Part shown: positions 1 to 8,585 of the stretch, piece by piece
Position numbering within the stretch: the stretch's first letter is position 1
Layout of the letters: the number at the start of each line of letters is the position of its first letter
Assembly (NCBI GenBank): GCA_050253075.1
Contig: JBFWJS010000003.1
Coordinates: 85,458-149,457, forward strand
Direction: 5' to 3'
Length of the DNA stretch: 64,000 nt
From: Deferribacterales bacterium
GTDB lineage: Bacteria > Chrysiogenota > Deferribacteres > Deferribacterales > Geovibrionaceae
The notes under the pieces: generated by a model
Seen by the model: only the letters and a program-made list of their open reading frames with translations
Told to the model about the DNA's origin: nothing
Databases searched by the model: none
Position numbers and translations under genes: made by a program

Positions 1-2
1 TG

Positions 3-230
3 GTCATTCTGAGCCATCAGGTGAAGAATCTGAAACCTTCAGATACTTCGTTTCACTCAGTATGACAAGAGGGTAGATGTTGGTTCATGTTTCGTAATGG
101 TCTTTTGTCATTGCGAGGCTTGCAGAAGCAATCTTAGCCCTTTCGGTCATTCTGAGCCATCAGGTGAAGAATCTGAAACCCTCAGATACTTCGTTTTACT
201 CAGTATGGCAAGAGGGTTAGTGTTGGTTCT
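3..230. repeat. Tandem REP-like palindromic elements: two ~64-bp copies (3-66, 146-209; period 143 bp) plus a half element at 107-134
   Basis: GTCATTCTGAG...GAAGAATCTGA..TCAGATACTTC...CTCAGTATGAC is self-complementary and recurs at 146 with near identity, including the trailing AAGAGGGT..TGTTGGTTC; GTCATTGCGAGG..GAAGCAATCT at 107-134 is a related variant. Array may extend beyond the window edge. Confidence 0.85.
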
Positions 231-281
231 TTTTGGTAATAGTTTGTATTAAAGAGTAGAAATTATATTATAGTATTTGAT

Positions 282-299
282 ACAGAATAACTATTCTGT
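282..299. promoter_or_regulatory. Palindromic operator ACAGAATA-AC-TATTCTGT (same motif as 858-875)
   Basis: Perfect 8-bp inverted arms; matches the site upstream of the rhodanese gene. Confidence 0.5.
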
Positions 300-307
300 C
301 TAAATAG

Positions 308-338
308 AAAAAGCGGGTGTTTGGGCACCCGCTTTTTT
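308..338. terminator. Intrinsic terminator, bidirectional form, downstream of the rhodanese gene
   Basis: AAAAAGCGGGTG-tttggg-CACCCGCTTTTT stem flanked by A and T tracts. Confidence 0.85.
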
Positions 339-359
339 AAGTTATAGGGAGTATATCTG

Positions 360-833
360 TTAGAACTGCACTTCCTTGAACGTTCCCATTGCGTTTTCGA
401 TCTCGTATCCGGCAGCCATCCATGCTACGATGCCGCCTTCGAGGTTCTGTACATTTTCATATCCGAGCTCTATGAGTCTGTTTGCTACGATAGCACCTCT
501 GGAGTCAGCCTTGCAGAAGACTACGATGTGCTTCTTAGGGTCTTTGACCTTTGCAGGCAGTTTGAACTCTACAACGCCTCTAGGGATGTAAACATACTGA
601 TCTGCATAGATTTTTCCGGCTGCATTTTCTTCAGTGGTACGTACGTCGAGAAGGATGAAATCCTGCTTTCCTTCGATGAGGGCTTTCAGCTCAGCAGGGG
701 TGATCTTGGGTGCTTTTTCTTTCTGTGCTTTCACGAACTTTTTAAAGTTGGCTCCGATGACATCTTCATCTGCTGCGAATGCAGTACATGCAAGTGCGGC
801 AATGAACAGTGCAATAATAAGTTTCTTGAACAT
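360..833 (-). CDS. Exported single-domain rhodanese-like sulfurtransferase
   Basis: Start moved to MFKKLII (GAGGAG RBS); signal peptide ending AFA; LLDVRT, active-site loop FCKADSRG, NLEGGIVAW. Confidence 0.9.
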   Translation of the reverse strand: MFKKLIIALFIAALACTAFAADEDVIGANFKKFVKAQKEKAPKITPAELKALIEGKQDFILLDVRTTEENAAGKIYADQYVYIPRGVVEFKLPAKVKDPKKHIVVFCKADSRGAIVANRLIELGYENVQNLEGGIVAWMAAGYEIENAMGTFKEVQF

Positions 834-857
834 AATAAATCTCCTCGTGTTTATTTT

Positions 858-912
858 ACAGAATGTACGTTCTGTTTTGTTATAGTTTATGGTCAAGTGT
901 TCGTAATGTCAA
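858..912 (-). promoter_or_regulatory. Sigma-70 promoter (TTGACA-17-TAAACT) of the rhodanese gene, with TetR-type operator ACAGAATGTACGTTCTGT at 858-875
   Basis: -35 at 912-907, -10 at 889-884; near-perfect palindrome just downstream of the predicted start site. Confidence 0.65.
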
Positions 913-1069
913 CAAAATCTACAAAAAAGAATTACAATAAAAAGTCTGCTGTAATTAGGATATTTTTCGTGTGAGTGTAAATTAATGTAAATAAGCATAA
1001 AATAATCAGACAAATTTTAGAATATTTATTCTATTGCAATGTTAATAATATTTTGACTATAATCACAGC

Positions 1070-1651
1070 ATGAGTTGTAACACTGACCATAAGGCACAAT
1101 CAAAAGACATCATCGCATGTGAGGCGCTTAAACTTTTCGTGGGTAAGGGGTATCATAATACCAGCATCCCCGACATAGTGCAGGCCGCAGGTCTTAGTAC
1201 CGGTGCCGTATACCATCATTTCGGGAGCAAAGAGCTTCTGGCTAAATATATCCACGAGATAGCATCCGCCAGATTCGCAGAGAAGTTCCGTGCGCTCGTG
1301 TTCACAAAGCCCAGCTTTAAAGAGCAGGTCAGTGCATTCGTGCATATGATGCTGGAGTGGGACGACGAAGACCCTGTACTGGTGAAATACCTTATCACTG
1401 ACCGCCCCGCAGAGGTGCTGAACAGGAAGACCACTGTATGCTCTGAAAACGGAATGACACTCATAGGCGAGATGGTGAATCGAGGCATGATGCGTCAGGA
1501 AGTTACGACCGATAATAATTTCATAGCCATATCCATTATATCCGGTGCCATCATCTACTTCATAAACCTGAAAAAAGACGGTTTCCTCCACGGAGACCTC
1601 GGACGCAGGGCAGACGAACTTGCCGAACATATCATGAAAGCATTGTGCTGA
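1070..1651 (+). CDS. TetR/AcrR family transcriptional regulator
   Basis: N-terminal HTH: ALKLFVGKGYHNTSIPDIVQAAGLSTGAVYHHFGSKE. Confidence 0.93.
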   Translation: MSCNTDHKAQSKDIIACEALKLFVGKGYHNTSIPDIVQAAGLSTGAVYHHFGSKELLAKYIHEIASARFAEKFRALVFTKPSFKEQVSAFVHMMLEWDDEDPVLVKYLITDRPAEVLNRKTTVCSENGMTLIGEMVNRGMMRQEVTTDNNFIAISIISGAIIYFINLKKDGFLHGDLGRRADELAEHIMKALC

Positions 1652-1743
1652 TTGAAATCCTCTCCGTTTCTTATATAATGTCCTTATAAAACTTTGCGAG
1701 AAAACAATGAAACAGACCAAAGATAAATTTCCGTGCGCTCCGC

Positions 1744-3126
1744 ATGACGGAAGATACGCTCACGGATGAACAGCGTGCATATGTGCATGAGCTTGGCGTA
1801 CGGTATGCAGAAAAGACCGCAGGGTCAAAGAAATGGGCAGAGGACAACTATGACCGTTTCTGCGACTGGATAAACTCTCTCAGCTTTAAACTGAGCCTGA
1901 AAGAGATGATATACCCGATAATATCAGACGGGTCGAAGGGGTCGCATTTCAAAGATATCGACGGCAACGACTTCGTGGATATATCAATGGGCTACGGTGC
2001 GGTATTCATGGGACATAACCCAGACTTTCAGCGTGATGCCATATCGGCACAGGTTGAAAAGGGCTATGAACTGGGGCCTCAGCTAAAACTCAGCGCAGAG
2101 GTTGCAGACCTTGTATGTGAGATGACAGGTGTCGAGAGGGTCGCATTCTGCAACTCGGGCACAGAGGCTGTCATGATGGCTCTCCGAATGGCAAGAGCCG
2201 CCACGGGTAAAAACAAGATATTCATATTCCGCAATTCCTTCCACGGCACATTCGACGGTGTGCTCGGGTTTACAAATCAGGACGGCACATTCCCCGTTTC
2301 ACCCGGGACAACAGACGGCACGGTAGCCGACATCGAGCTACTCGACTATGGCACAGACGAAGCCTTTGAACGTATTAAAGAGTGCATAGACGACTGTGCG
2401 GGCGTCCTTGTGGAGCCGGTACAGAGCAGAAAGCCAGACCTGCGCCCGAAGGAGTTTCTGAAGAAACTGCGTGAGCTCACCGAGGCAAATAATACTGCGC
2501 TGATCTTCGACGAGGTTGTGACAGGCTTCAGACTGCACCCGGGCGGGGCACAGCATATTTACGGAATAAAGGCAGACATAGTGACATACGGCAAATCATT
2601 CGGCAACGGTGTGCCCGTGAGTGCCGTTGCTGGTAAAAGGAAGTTTATGGATGTCATCGACGGCGGTGAGTGGCGTTTCGGTGATGCTTCAAAGCCCGAG
2701 ACGGACGTTGTCTTCTGTGCGGGTACATACTTTAAGCATCCCCTGAGTATGGCTGCTGCAAAGGCTGTTCTGACAGAGATAAAGCGGACAGGCTCAAAGC
2801 ATCAGGACACCGCATCGGCACAGACAGAGAAGATGTGCTCTGCGCTGAACGCATGGTTTGACGAAAATAAAGTGCCTGTGAATATTAAATATTTCGGCTC
2901 TATGTTTCGCTTTGAGAGTTTCGGCGATTATGCTCTTCACCTTGAACCTATCGAGATGGAGCTTATGTTTTTTAATATGATGATCCGCAATGTATACACA
3001 TGGGAGAGGCGTATATGCTATCTCTCATCTGCGCACACGGATGCGGATGTTGATGCTATAATTAAAGCAGTTAAAGAGAGCGTTGAAGACCTGCGTAAGG
3101 GCGGCTTCGACTTTTCTGTGAGGTAG
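1744..3126 (+). CDS. PLP-dependent class III aminotransferase (GSA-aminomutase-like, PKS/NRPS AMT-domain type)
   Basis: FCNSGTEAVM, FHG, VLVEPVQS, LIFDEVVTGFR, TYGK (PLP lysine); start uncertain. Confidence 0.85.
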   Translation: MTEDTLTDEQRAYVHELGVRYAEKTAGSKKWAEDNYDRFCDWINSLSFKLSLKEMIYPIISDGSKGSHFKDIDGNDFVDISMGYGAVFMGHNPDFQRDAISAQVEKGYELGPQLKLSAEVADLVCEMTGVERVAFCNSGTEAVMMALRMARAATGKNKIFIFRNSFHGTFDGVLGFTNQDGTFPVSPGTTDGTVADIELLDYGTDEAFERIKECIDDCAGVLVEPVQSRKPDLRPKEFLKKLRELTEANNTALIFDEVVTGFRLHPGGAQHIYGIKADIVTYGKSFGNGVPVSAVAGKRKFMDVIDGGEWRFGDASKPETDVVFCAGTYFKHPLSMAAAKAVLTEIKRTGSKHQDTASAQTEKMCSALNAWFDENKVPVNIKYFGSMFRFESFGDYALHLEPIEMELMFFNMMIRNVYTWERRICYLSSAHTDADVDAIIKAVKESVEDLRKGGFDFSVR

Positions 3127-3128
3127 AA

Positions 3129-4490
3129 ATGCGAGACAAAGTTAAAAACTATCTGAATGCAGAGCACGAACTTAAAGATGTGACGGTGCACGGATGGGTA
3201 CGCAGTAAGCGTGATTCAAAGAATTTTACATTCCTCGAGGTTAATGACGGCTCATGCCTGAGAAACCTGCAGGTGATAGCAGACGAGAGCATCGAGACAT
3301 ATTCGGCGCTCAAACAGATAAATACGGGCGCATCGGTGGAGATACTGGGCGACCTGATAGAATCCCCCGGGCAGGGGCAGAAATGGGAGCTGAAAGCGAA
3401 AGAGGTAAAGATGCTAGGCTATGCAGATCAGGAGACATATCCGCTGCAGAAGAAGCGTCACTCGGACGAATTCCTCCGTCAGATATCACACCTGCGCCCG
3501 AGGACAAATAAATACGGAGCTATATTCCGCATACGCTCCGAGGCATCTTTTGCGGTGCATCAGTTCTTTCGCGAGCGGGGCTTTCACTATGTCCACACGC
3601 CTATCATCACGGGATCAGACTGTGAGGGTGCGGGGCAGATGTTCCGTGTGACTACTATGGATGATACGAAAAAGCCTGCATCAGAGGACTTCTTCGGCAA
3701 GGCGGCGTATCTTACAGTTTCAGGTCAGCTGAATGTGGAGAACTACGCATGTTCCCTCGGCAGCGTATATACTTTCGGGCCGACATTCCGAGCCGAAAAC
3801 AGCAACACGCCGAGGCACGCAGCAGAGTTCTGGATGATAGAGCCTGAGGTTGCATTTGCGGATATTCACGACAATATGACCCTTGCGGAAGAGTTTGTGA
3901 AATATCTCATATGGTTCCTGCTGGAAAACTGTTACGAAGACCTCGAACTCTTCTTTAAATTTGTAGATAAAGAGCTGGAAGCAAAGCTGAAAGACATCCT
4001 CGAGAGCGACTTCGCCCGTGTGGAATACCGTGAGGCGATGAAGATACTTGCCGAATCAGGGGAGAAATTCGAATACCCCATAGGCTTCGGCGAGGATATG
4101 CAGACTGAACACGAGAGATACCTCAGCGAGAAGCACTTCAAGCGTCCGGTATTCGTATATAACTATCCGAAGACCATAAAGCCTTTCTATATGAGGCAGA
4201 ACGACGACGGCGAGACTGTCGCCGCTATGGACCTTCTGGTGCCCCATGTGGGCGAGCTTATCGGCGGCTCACAGCGTGAGGAGAGGCTGGATGTTCTAGA
4301 GAGTGCCATCGAGGGGATGGGGCTGGATAAGGAAGAATACTGGTGGTACACCGAGCTGCGCAAATACGGCTCTGTGCCTCACTCGGGCTTTGGACTAGGA
4401 TTTGAGCGTTTCCTTATGTTTGTCACAGGCGTGAGCAACATAAGGGACGTCATTCCATTCGCCAGAACACCGAAAAACCTTGATTTCTAA
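3129..4490 (+). CDS. asnS: Asparagine--tRNA ligase
   Basis: OB-fold GWVRSKR..NDGS, LTVSGQL, FRAENSNTPRHAAEFWMIEPE, GELIGGSQRE, PHSGFGLGFER. Confidence 0.97.
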   Translation: MRDKVKNYLNAEHELKDVTVHGWVRSKRDSKNFTFLEVNDGSCLRNLQVIADESIETYSALKQINTGASVEILGDLIESPGQGQKWELKAKEVKMLGYADQETYPLQKKRHSDEFLRQISHLRPRTNKYGAIFRIRSEASFAVHQFFRERGFHYVHTPIITGSDCEGAGQMFRVTTMDDTKKPASEDFFGKAAYLTVSGQLNVENYACSLGSVYTFGPTFRAENSNTPRHAAEFWMIEPEVAFADIHDNMTLAEEFVKYLIWFLLENCYEDLELFFKFVDKELEAKLKDILESDFARVEYREAMKILAESGEKFEYPIGFGEDMQTEHERYLSEKHFKRPVFVYNYPKTIKPFYMRQNDDGETVAAMDLLVPHVGELIGGSQREERLDVLESAIEGMGLDKEEYWWYTELRKYGSVPHSGFGLGFERFLMFVTGVSNIRDVIPFARTPKNLDF

Positions 4491-4499
4491 ATAAATTAC

Positions 4500-4527
4500 A
4501 AGCCCTGCTTTTTTGCGGGGCTTTTTT
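4500..4527 (+). terminator. Intrinsic terminator after asnS
   Basis: AAGCCCTGC-tttttt-GCGGGGCTT followed by T run. Confidence 0.8.
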
Positions 4528-4530
4528 ATG

Positions 4531-4576
4531 TTGACTTTATCTTTATATAAAGTATCTTTACATAAAGATACTTTAT
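4531..4576 (+). promoter_or_regulatory. Promoter (TTGACT..TATCTT) overlapped by two PecS/UrtR-type 18-bp palindromes (4538-4555, 4553-4570)
   Basis: TATCTTTA-CA-TAAAGATA lies within a perfect 14-bp-arm inverted repeat (4547-4576); the second site overlaps it by 3 bp. Confidence 0.75.
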
Positions 4577-4588
4577 TGAGGTCAGTTT

Positions 4589-5089
4589 ATGAAAGATCAC
4601 GTAGACATGATAATAGACCAGTGGAACAGCGCAGAGCCGGATGCGGATGTTTCGGCTATGAAGGTTTTCACAAGGATTTTCCGCCTGAACAGGCACATGA
4701 CACAGCCTCTGGCAGCTATATTTAAGAAATACAGCCTTTATGACGGCGAATTTGACCTTTTGGCGACACTGCACAGGAATAATAAGCCCGAGGGGATGAC
4801 GCCTAACGAACTGCGGGGCTCTGTCGTGCTTAGCTCCGGCGCTATGACAAACAGGCTGGACAGCCTCGAGCGGGCGGGGATGATAGCGAGATCGGCGAAC
4901 CCTGCCGACAGGCGCAGTACCTACGTGTCCCTCACTGATAAAGGCGAAAGGACTGTTAAGGAAGCCCTCGGCGGATATCTCGAATACCTCGATGGTCTGC
5001 TTGGCGTTTTAAGCGAGGAAGAGAGGGAAACGGGTGCGGATATCCTGCGGAAGCTGCTGCTTCAGATGGAAGGTGAATGCCATGAATAA
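4589..5089 (+). CDS. MarR family regulator, PecS/UrtR-like
   Basis: DHVDMIIDQW N-terminal helix, EFDLLATLHR, SSGAMTNRLDSLE, DRRS wing. Confidence 0.9.
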   Translation: MKDHVDMIIDQWNSAEPDADVSAMKVFTRIFRLNRHMTQPLAAIFKKYSLYDGEFDLLATLHRNNKPEGMTPNELRGSVVLSSGAMTNRLDSLERAGMIARSANPADRRSTYVSLTDKGERTVKEALGGYLEYLDGLLGVLSEEERETGADILRKLLLQMEGECHE

Positions 5090-5984
5090 GCCTATGCTAA
5101 GAGCACATATCAGCCTTTTACTGTGGGCGTTTATAGTCGGGCTGTCTTTCCCCGTTGTCAGTGCGCTGACCGACGGTCTGCCCCCTGTGTTTCTGACATC
5201 TTTCAGGTTTATCATAGCCATACTTGCCCTCGTGCCTTTCCTGCGGGGCGAGGCTCAGCTTATACCTTCAAAGGGCGGTATGGTTTTATATATCCTTATG
5301 TCGCTATGCCTCGCCGTGTTTTTCAGCGGGATGTTCTGGGCGGCGAATGTTTCTACATCTTTGTCTATGGCGACACTGTACCTCAGCATACCTCTGCTGT
5401 CTTACGCTGTGGGGCGGTCTTTTAATGTAGAGAGGAAAGACCTGAAGATGCTGGCGATACTGCTTTTGGGCGCTGTCGGTGCATTGATGCTGGCATTTGT
5501 GGATGCGGGGCGTGTTCACGGGAATATCAGCTTCGGCATAGGCGAGCTTGTGTTTTTTGTGGGCTGTGTTGCTTCCGCGCTTTATCCCGTATTGACAAAG
5601 TTCGGGCTGAAAAAGGGGCTTTTGTCGCCTTCTTCGGTGGTGCGCACATTCTGGAGCTTATTTCTGGGGAGCATCATCATGGCTGTCATCGGATTTGCCG
5701 TGGAATCTCCTTCGGAGATGCTTAGGATGAATATGTATGATCTTATGCTGGTGATATATCTCGGCATTTTTTCCAGCGGGGTTACATTCTGGCTTCAGCA
5801 GAGTGCGACGTCTGTTCTCACGCCTGCTTCTGTCACGGCGTACAGCTACCTTGTGCCTTTTGTGTCTATGGTTATACTGTTTATAGACGAGCCTTCGCAG
5901 CTTTCTTTTAAGTGGCTGCCTGGGAGCGTGATGGTTGTCGGAGCGATATATATATTGCTGAGATACGACATGAAGGCGAAGTAG
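5082..5984 (+). CDS. DMT/EamA family transporter (PecM-like)
   Basis: About ten hydrophobic helices in two EamA repeats; start MNKPML overlaps the MarR stop. Confidence 0.88.
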   Translation: MNKPMLRAHISLLLWAFIVGLSFPVVSALTDGLPPVFLTSFRFIIAILALVPFLRGEAQLIPSKGGMVLYILMSLCLAVFFSGMFWAANVSTSLSMATLYLSIPLLSYAVGRSFNVERKDLKMLAILLLGAVGALMLAFVDAGRVHGNISFGIGELVFFVGCVASALYPVLTKFGLKKGLLSPSSVVRTFWSLFLGSIIMAVIGFAVESPSEMLRMNMYDLMLVIYLGIFSSGVTFWLQQSATSVLTPASVTAYSYLVPFVSMVILFIDEPSQLSFKWLPGSVMVVGAIYILLRYDMKAK

Positions 5985-6134
5985 CATTTATTATTAATTG
6001 ACTGAACTCTTTAAAACTGATAAATAATTTACCTCTTAACTGTATTCCTGCGATGTCTCTTAAGGCGACCTGCGGGAGCCGTTAAGCTGGGCAGCTTGTT
6101 TGCTTCTTACATGCAGCATCAAGGTACTGACCTT

Positions 6135-6219
6135 GCCCGAATGGCGGAATTGGTAGACGCAAGGGACTTAAAATCCCTCGGAGGATAACTCTGTACCGGT
6201 TCGATCCCGGTTTCGGGCA
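6135..6219 (+). tRNA. tRNA-Leu(TAA)
   Basis: GCCCGAA/TTCGGGC acceptor stem, GGCGGAATTGGTAGACGC D arm, AGGGA-CTTAAAA-TCCCT anticodon arm, long variable arm, GGTTCGATCCC T arm; CCA not encoded. Confidence 0.97.
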
Positions 6220-6247
6220 TATTCAAACAGCTTTGTCTGTTCATATC

Positions 6248-6280
6248 AAAAGGCGATACGCTACCAAGTGTCGCCTTTTT
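6248..6280 (+). terminator. Intrinsic terminator after tRNA-Leu
   Basis: AAAAGGCGATAC-gctaccaa-GTGTCGCCTTTTT. Confidence 0.8.
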
Positions 6281-6286
6281 AATGAA

Positions 6287-6320
6287 ATAATTCAGCCCAT
6301 TTTTCATTCTAAATTAATTT
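6287..6320 (+). repeat. Left direct repeat of islet
   Basis: ATAATTCAGCCCATTTTTCATTCTAAATTAATTT; 31/34 identical to 9860-9893. Confidence 0.85.
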
Positions 6321-6467
6321 TATTACATTTCATTGGACAATAATTTTTTTAATAAAAACATGATCATAATGCTTGGTATCTATGTTCACATTTTATAAAA
6401 ATTTGCACCTAACTAAAATATGGTGTATTTTATTAATGTCGTTATTAAATTGTTACTGAGGTTTTAT

Positions 6468-8585
6468 ATGTCAGATAAAGAAGGTAAAGTTGATTTTTCA
6501 TTTGGCTGGTTAGCGTTGAAGCTCCTTGGCAAGAATCTTTATTCCAATGCGTGGAGTGCTATATCAGAGCTAGTTGCAAACGGATTTGATGCGAGAGCAA
6601 GTGAAATCTATGTTTATATAGATGCTAGTAATAAAGAGAATTCAATTATTGAAATATTAGATAATGGCAATGGCATGGGACTGGATGAAATTAATACATA
6701 CGTAAAAGTTGGCTATAACAAGAGAAAAGATGTTGAAAATGATGATGTGAGAAATTCCTTAATGGGTAGAAAAGGGATTGGTAAACTTGCTGCACTCTAC
6801 CTGTCTGAGAACTATTATTTGTTTACTAAATCAACCACGCAGACAAGTATTTGGGAAATGAAATATAATGAGAATCCAGAGAATGAGGAAGAGAAGCCCT
6901 CTCTTGAAGAAGTAGAGTCTGATATTATCCCGGACTGTAATGTGGTTTGGAAAAACCTTGAGACCGGGACTCTATTGAGAATGTTAAATGTAGATTTGAC
7001 TGGTGTTGGCGCGGCAACTTTTAAATCTCTAGAATATAAGTTGTCAAATCACTTTTCACTTGAAGCAATGGGAGATAAAAAAATATACTTATTCGTGAAG
7101 GATAGTATCAATCAGGTCGTTACAAAAGAAAAGTTCAAGGTTATCGAAAAACATGTCGCTTTTAAGAACTTTGCATACATTAACTATGCTCTTAATAGTA
7201 ACAAGGACGAATCATTAAAAAGTACAATCAAAGCCTTGCCAAAAGGAGTTGTTAAGATTCCTTTTAGCTCTAAAGATGATAAAGGCATATATGAGCATAA
7301 ATGTGAACTGGCGGAGTTTAAAAAACCGAGCAAAGGTAATTTTGGTATTTCAGGTAGCATAAAGCATGTTAATGATGATGGAGAAGTCATTGAGAAAACA
7401 TACGAACTAAGCGGTTGGATTGGTATACATAGTACAATAAACAACAATGCGGCTAAAGACAATGACGACAACTTTAATAAGAACAAGGCATATAATCCGA
7501 ATCAAATACGACTGTATGTCCGAAATAAGCTAGCTATAGAAAATTTTCTAAATATTATACAGAACACTCAAGCTTTTGTTAATTATATCGAAGGTGATAT
7601 ACACTTTGATATTTTAGATGACGATGATTTTCCAGATATTGCGACATCTAATAGACAGGGATTAGATGAAAACGATGAACGAGTTAAATTGTTGATTTCA
7701 CTTGTGGAATCAAATATTCAGGACTTGATTAATAAGAGAAATGAATTAGCTGAGAGAATAAAAGACTTGAAGAAAGCAAGGCAAGATTCTGCTAAAAAGC
7801 AATTTGCAAAAGAGCTTGATAAAGAGCTGGGAGGGTTAGCATCGATTACTAAATCTGAGAAAGCTCAACTTCAACTAGCTGTTGTTAATAAAATAAAAGG
7901 AGATGTTACTCCAAAAGATGAGTATATCATCTTTGTTTCCCATAGTAGTGCTGATTCTATCTTTACGAACTTTATATATGATTTGCTTTTGTCAAAAGGT
8001 GCTGATCCGAGGGAGTTTTTCTATACCTCTGCTAAAGATAGTAATAAAAAATATGAAGATTTAACTCCTTTAGATCAACAGATGAAAGAAAATATTACTA
8101 ACCAAAATGCACTGATTTTCTATTTGCCGAGTATAAACTACATGAGAAGTGAATATTGCATGTTTGAGGGTGGAGCAGGATGGGCAACGAGAGGCGTAGG
8201 GGAGTATTTAATGTTACCTATGAAATATTCTGATTTGCCGAAATTACTAACGAACGGCAAAGGAGAATTTTCACTTATCAAATCTATAGATGAAAAAAAC
8301 AACATCGATCTTGGGCGAGAAGAATATCAATATATTGTTTCAGTGTTAAATAGAATGATTGAACATTTAAATTCTGGGCGAGAGATCAATGATAAAACGC
8401 TTATTCCCAAGTTTCCAGATGCACATATACCGAATAAATTTGAATTAGAGCAGACAGGGAAAGTTGAGCGTGATTTTATGGATACAAGTATTGTAAGTTA
8501 CTGGGATTGCTATGTTACTAGTGAGGTGTCGCAGTACTTAACGAATTATGTTAAAGTATCAGGCAAAACTAAATCTTATACTTAA
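6468..8585 (+). CDS. GHKL/MORC-type ATPase (HATPase_c_3-like) with coiled coil and C-terminal TIR domain
   Basis: Start at MSDKEG (GAGGT RBS); AISELVANGFDA, ILDNGNGM, MGRKGIGKLA GHKL boxes; IFVSHSSAD...SINYMRSEYCMFEGGAGW TIR signature with the catalytic-position Glu. Confidence 0.85.
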   Translation: MSDKEGKVDFSFGWLALKLLGKNLYSNAWSAISELVANGFDARASEIYVYIDASNKENSIIEILDNGNGMGLDEINTYVKVGYNKRKDVENDDVRNSLMGRKGIGKLAALYLSENYYLFTKSTTQTSIWEMKYNENPENEEEKPSLEEVESDIIPDCNVVWKNLETGTLLRMLNVDLTGVGAATFKSLEYKLSNHFSLEAMGDKKIYLFVKDSINQVVTKEKFKVIEKHVAFKNFAYINYALNSNKDESLKSTIKALPKGVVKIPFSSKDDKGIYEHKCELAEFKKPSKGNFGISGSIKHVNDDGEVIEKTYELSGWIGIHSTINNNAAKDNDDNFNKNKAYNPNQIRLYVRNKLAIENFLNIIQNTQAFVNYIEGDIHFDILDDDDFPDIATSNRQGLDENDERVKLLISLVESNIQDLINKRNELAERIKDLKKARQDSAKKQFAKELDKELGGLASITKSEKAQLQLAVVNKIKGDVTPKDEYIIFVSHSSADSIFTNFIYDLLLSKGADPREFFYTSAKDSNKKYEDLTPLDQQMKENITNQNALIFYLPSINYMRSEYCMFEGGAGWATRGVGEYLMLPMKYSDLPKLLTNGKGEFSLIKSIDEKNNIDLGREEYQYIVSVLNRMIEHLNSGREINDKTLIPKFPDAHIPNKFELEQTGKVERDFMDTSIVSYWDCYVTSEVSQYLTNYVKVSGKTKSYT

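Noticed and set aside
1..240. CRISPR array
   Set aside because: Only two long units; the sequence after each hairpin is also duplicated rather than a unique spacer; no cas genes in the window.
1646..1680. Selenocysteine read-through at the TetR TGC-TGA end
   Set aside because: No SECIS-like hairpin follows and another stop occurs within ten codons.
1744..3126. Calling the aminotransferase hemL
   Set aside because: Lacks the typical HemL N-terminal PGGVNSPVR motif; symbol withheld.
6420..6467. N-terminal extension MVYFINVVIKLLLRFY from the ORF track
   Set aside because: The GAGGT RBS lies within it, directly before ATG 6468.
6468..8585. Ordinary sensor histidine kinase, MutL or Hsp90
   Set aside because: The GHKL domain is N-terminal with no H-box, and the C-terminus is TIR-like; context is a methyltransferase islet.
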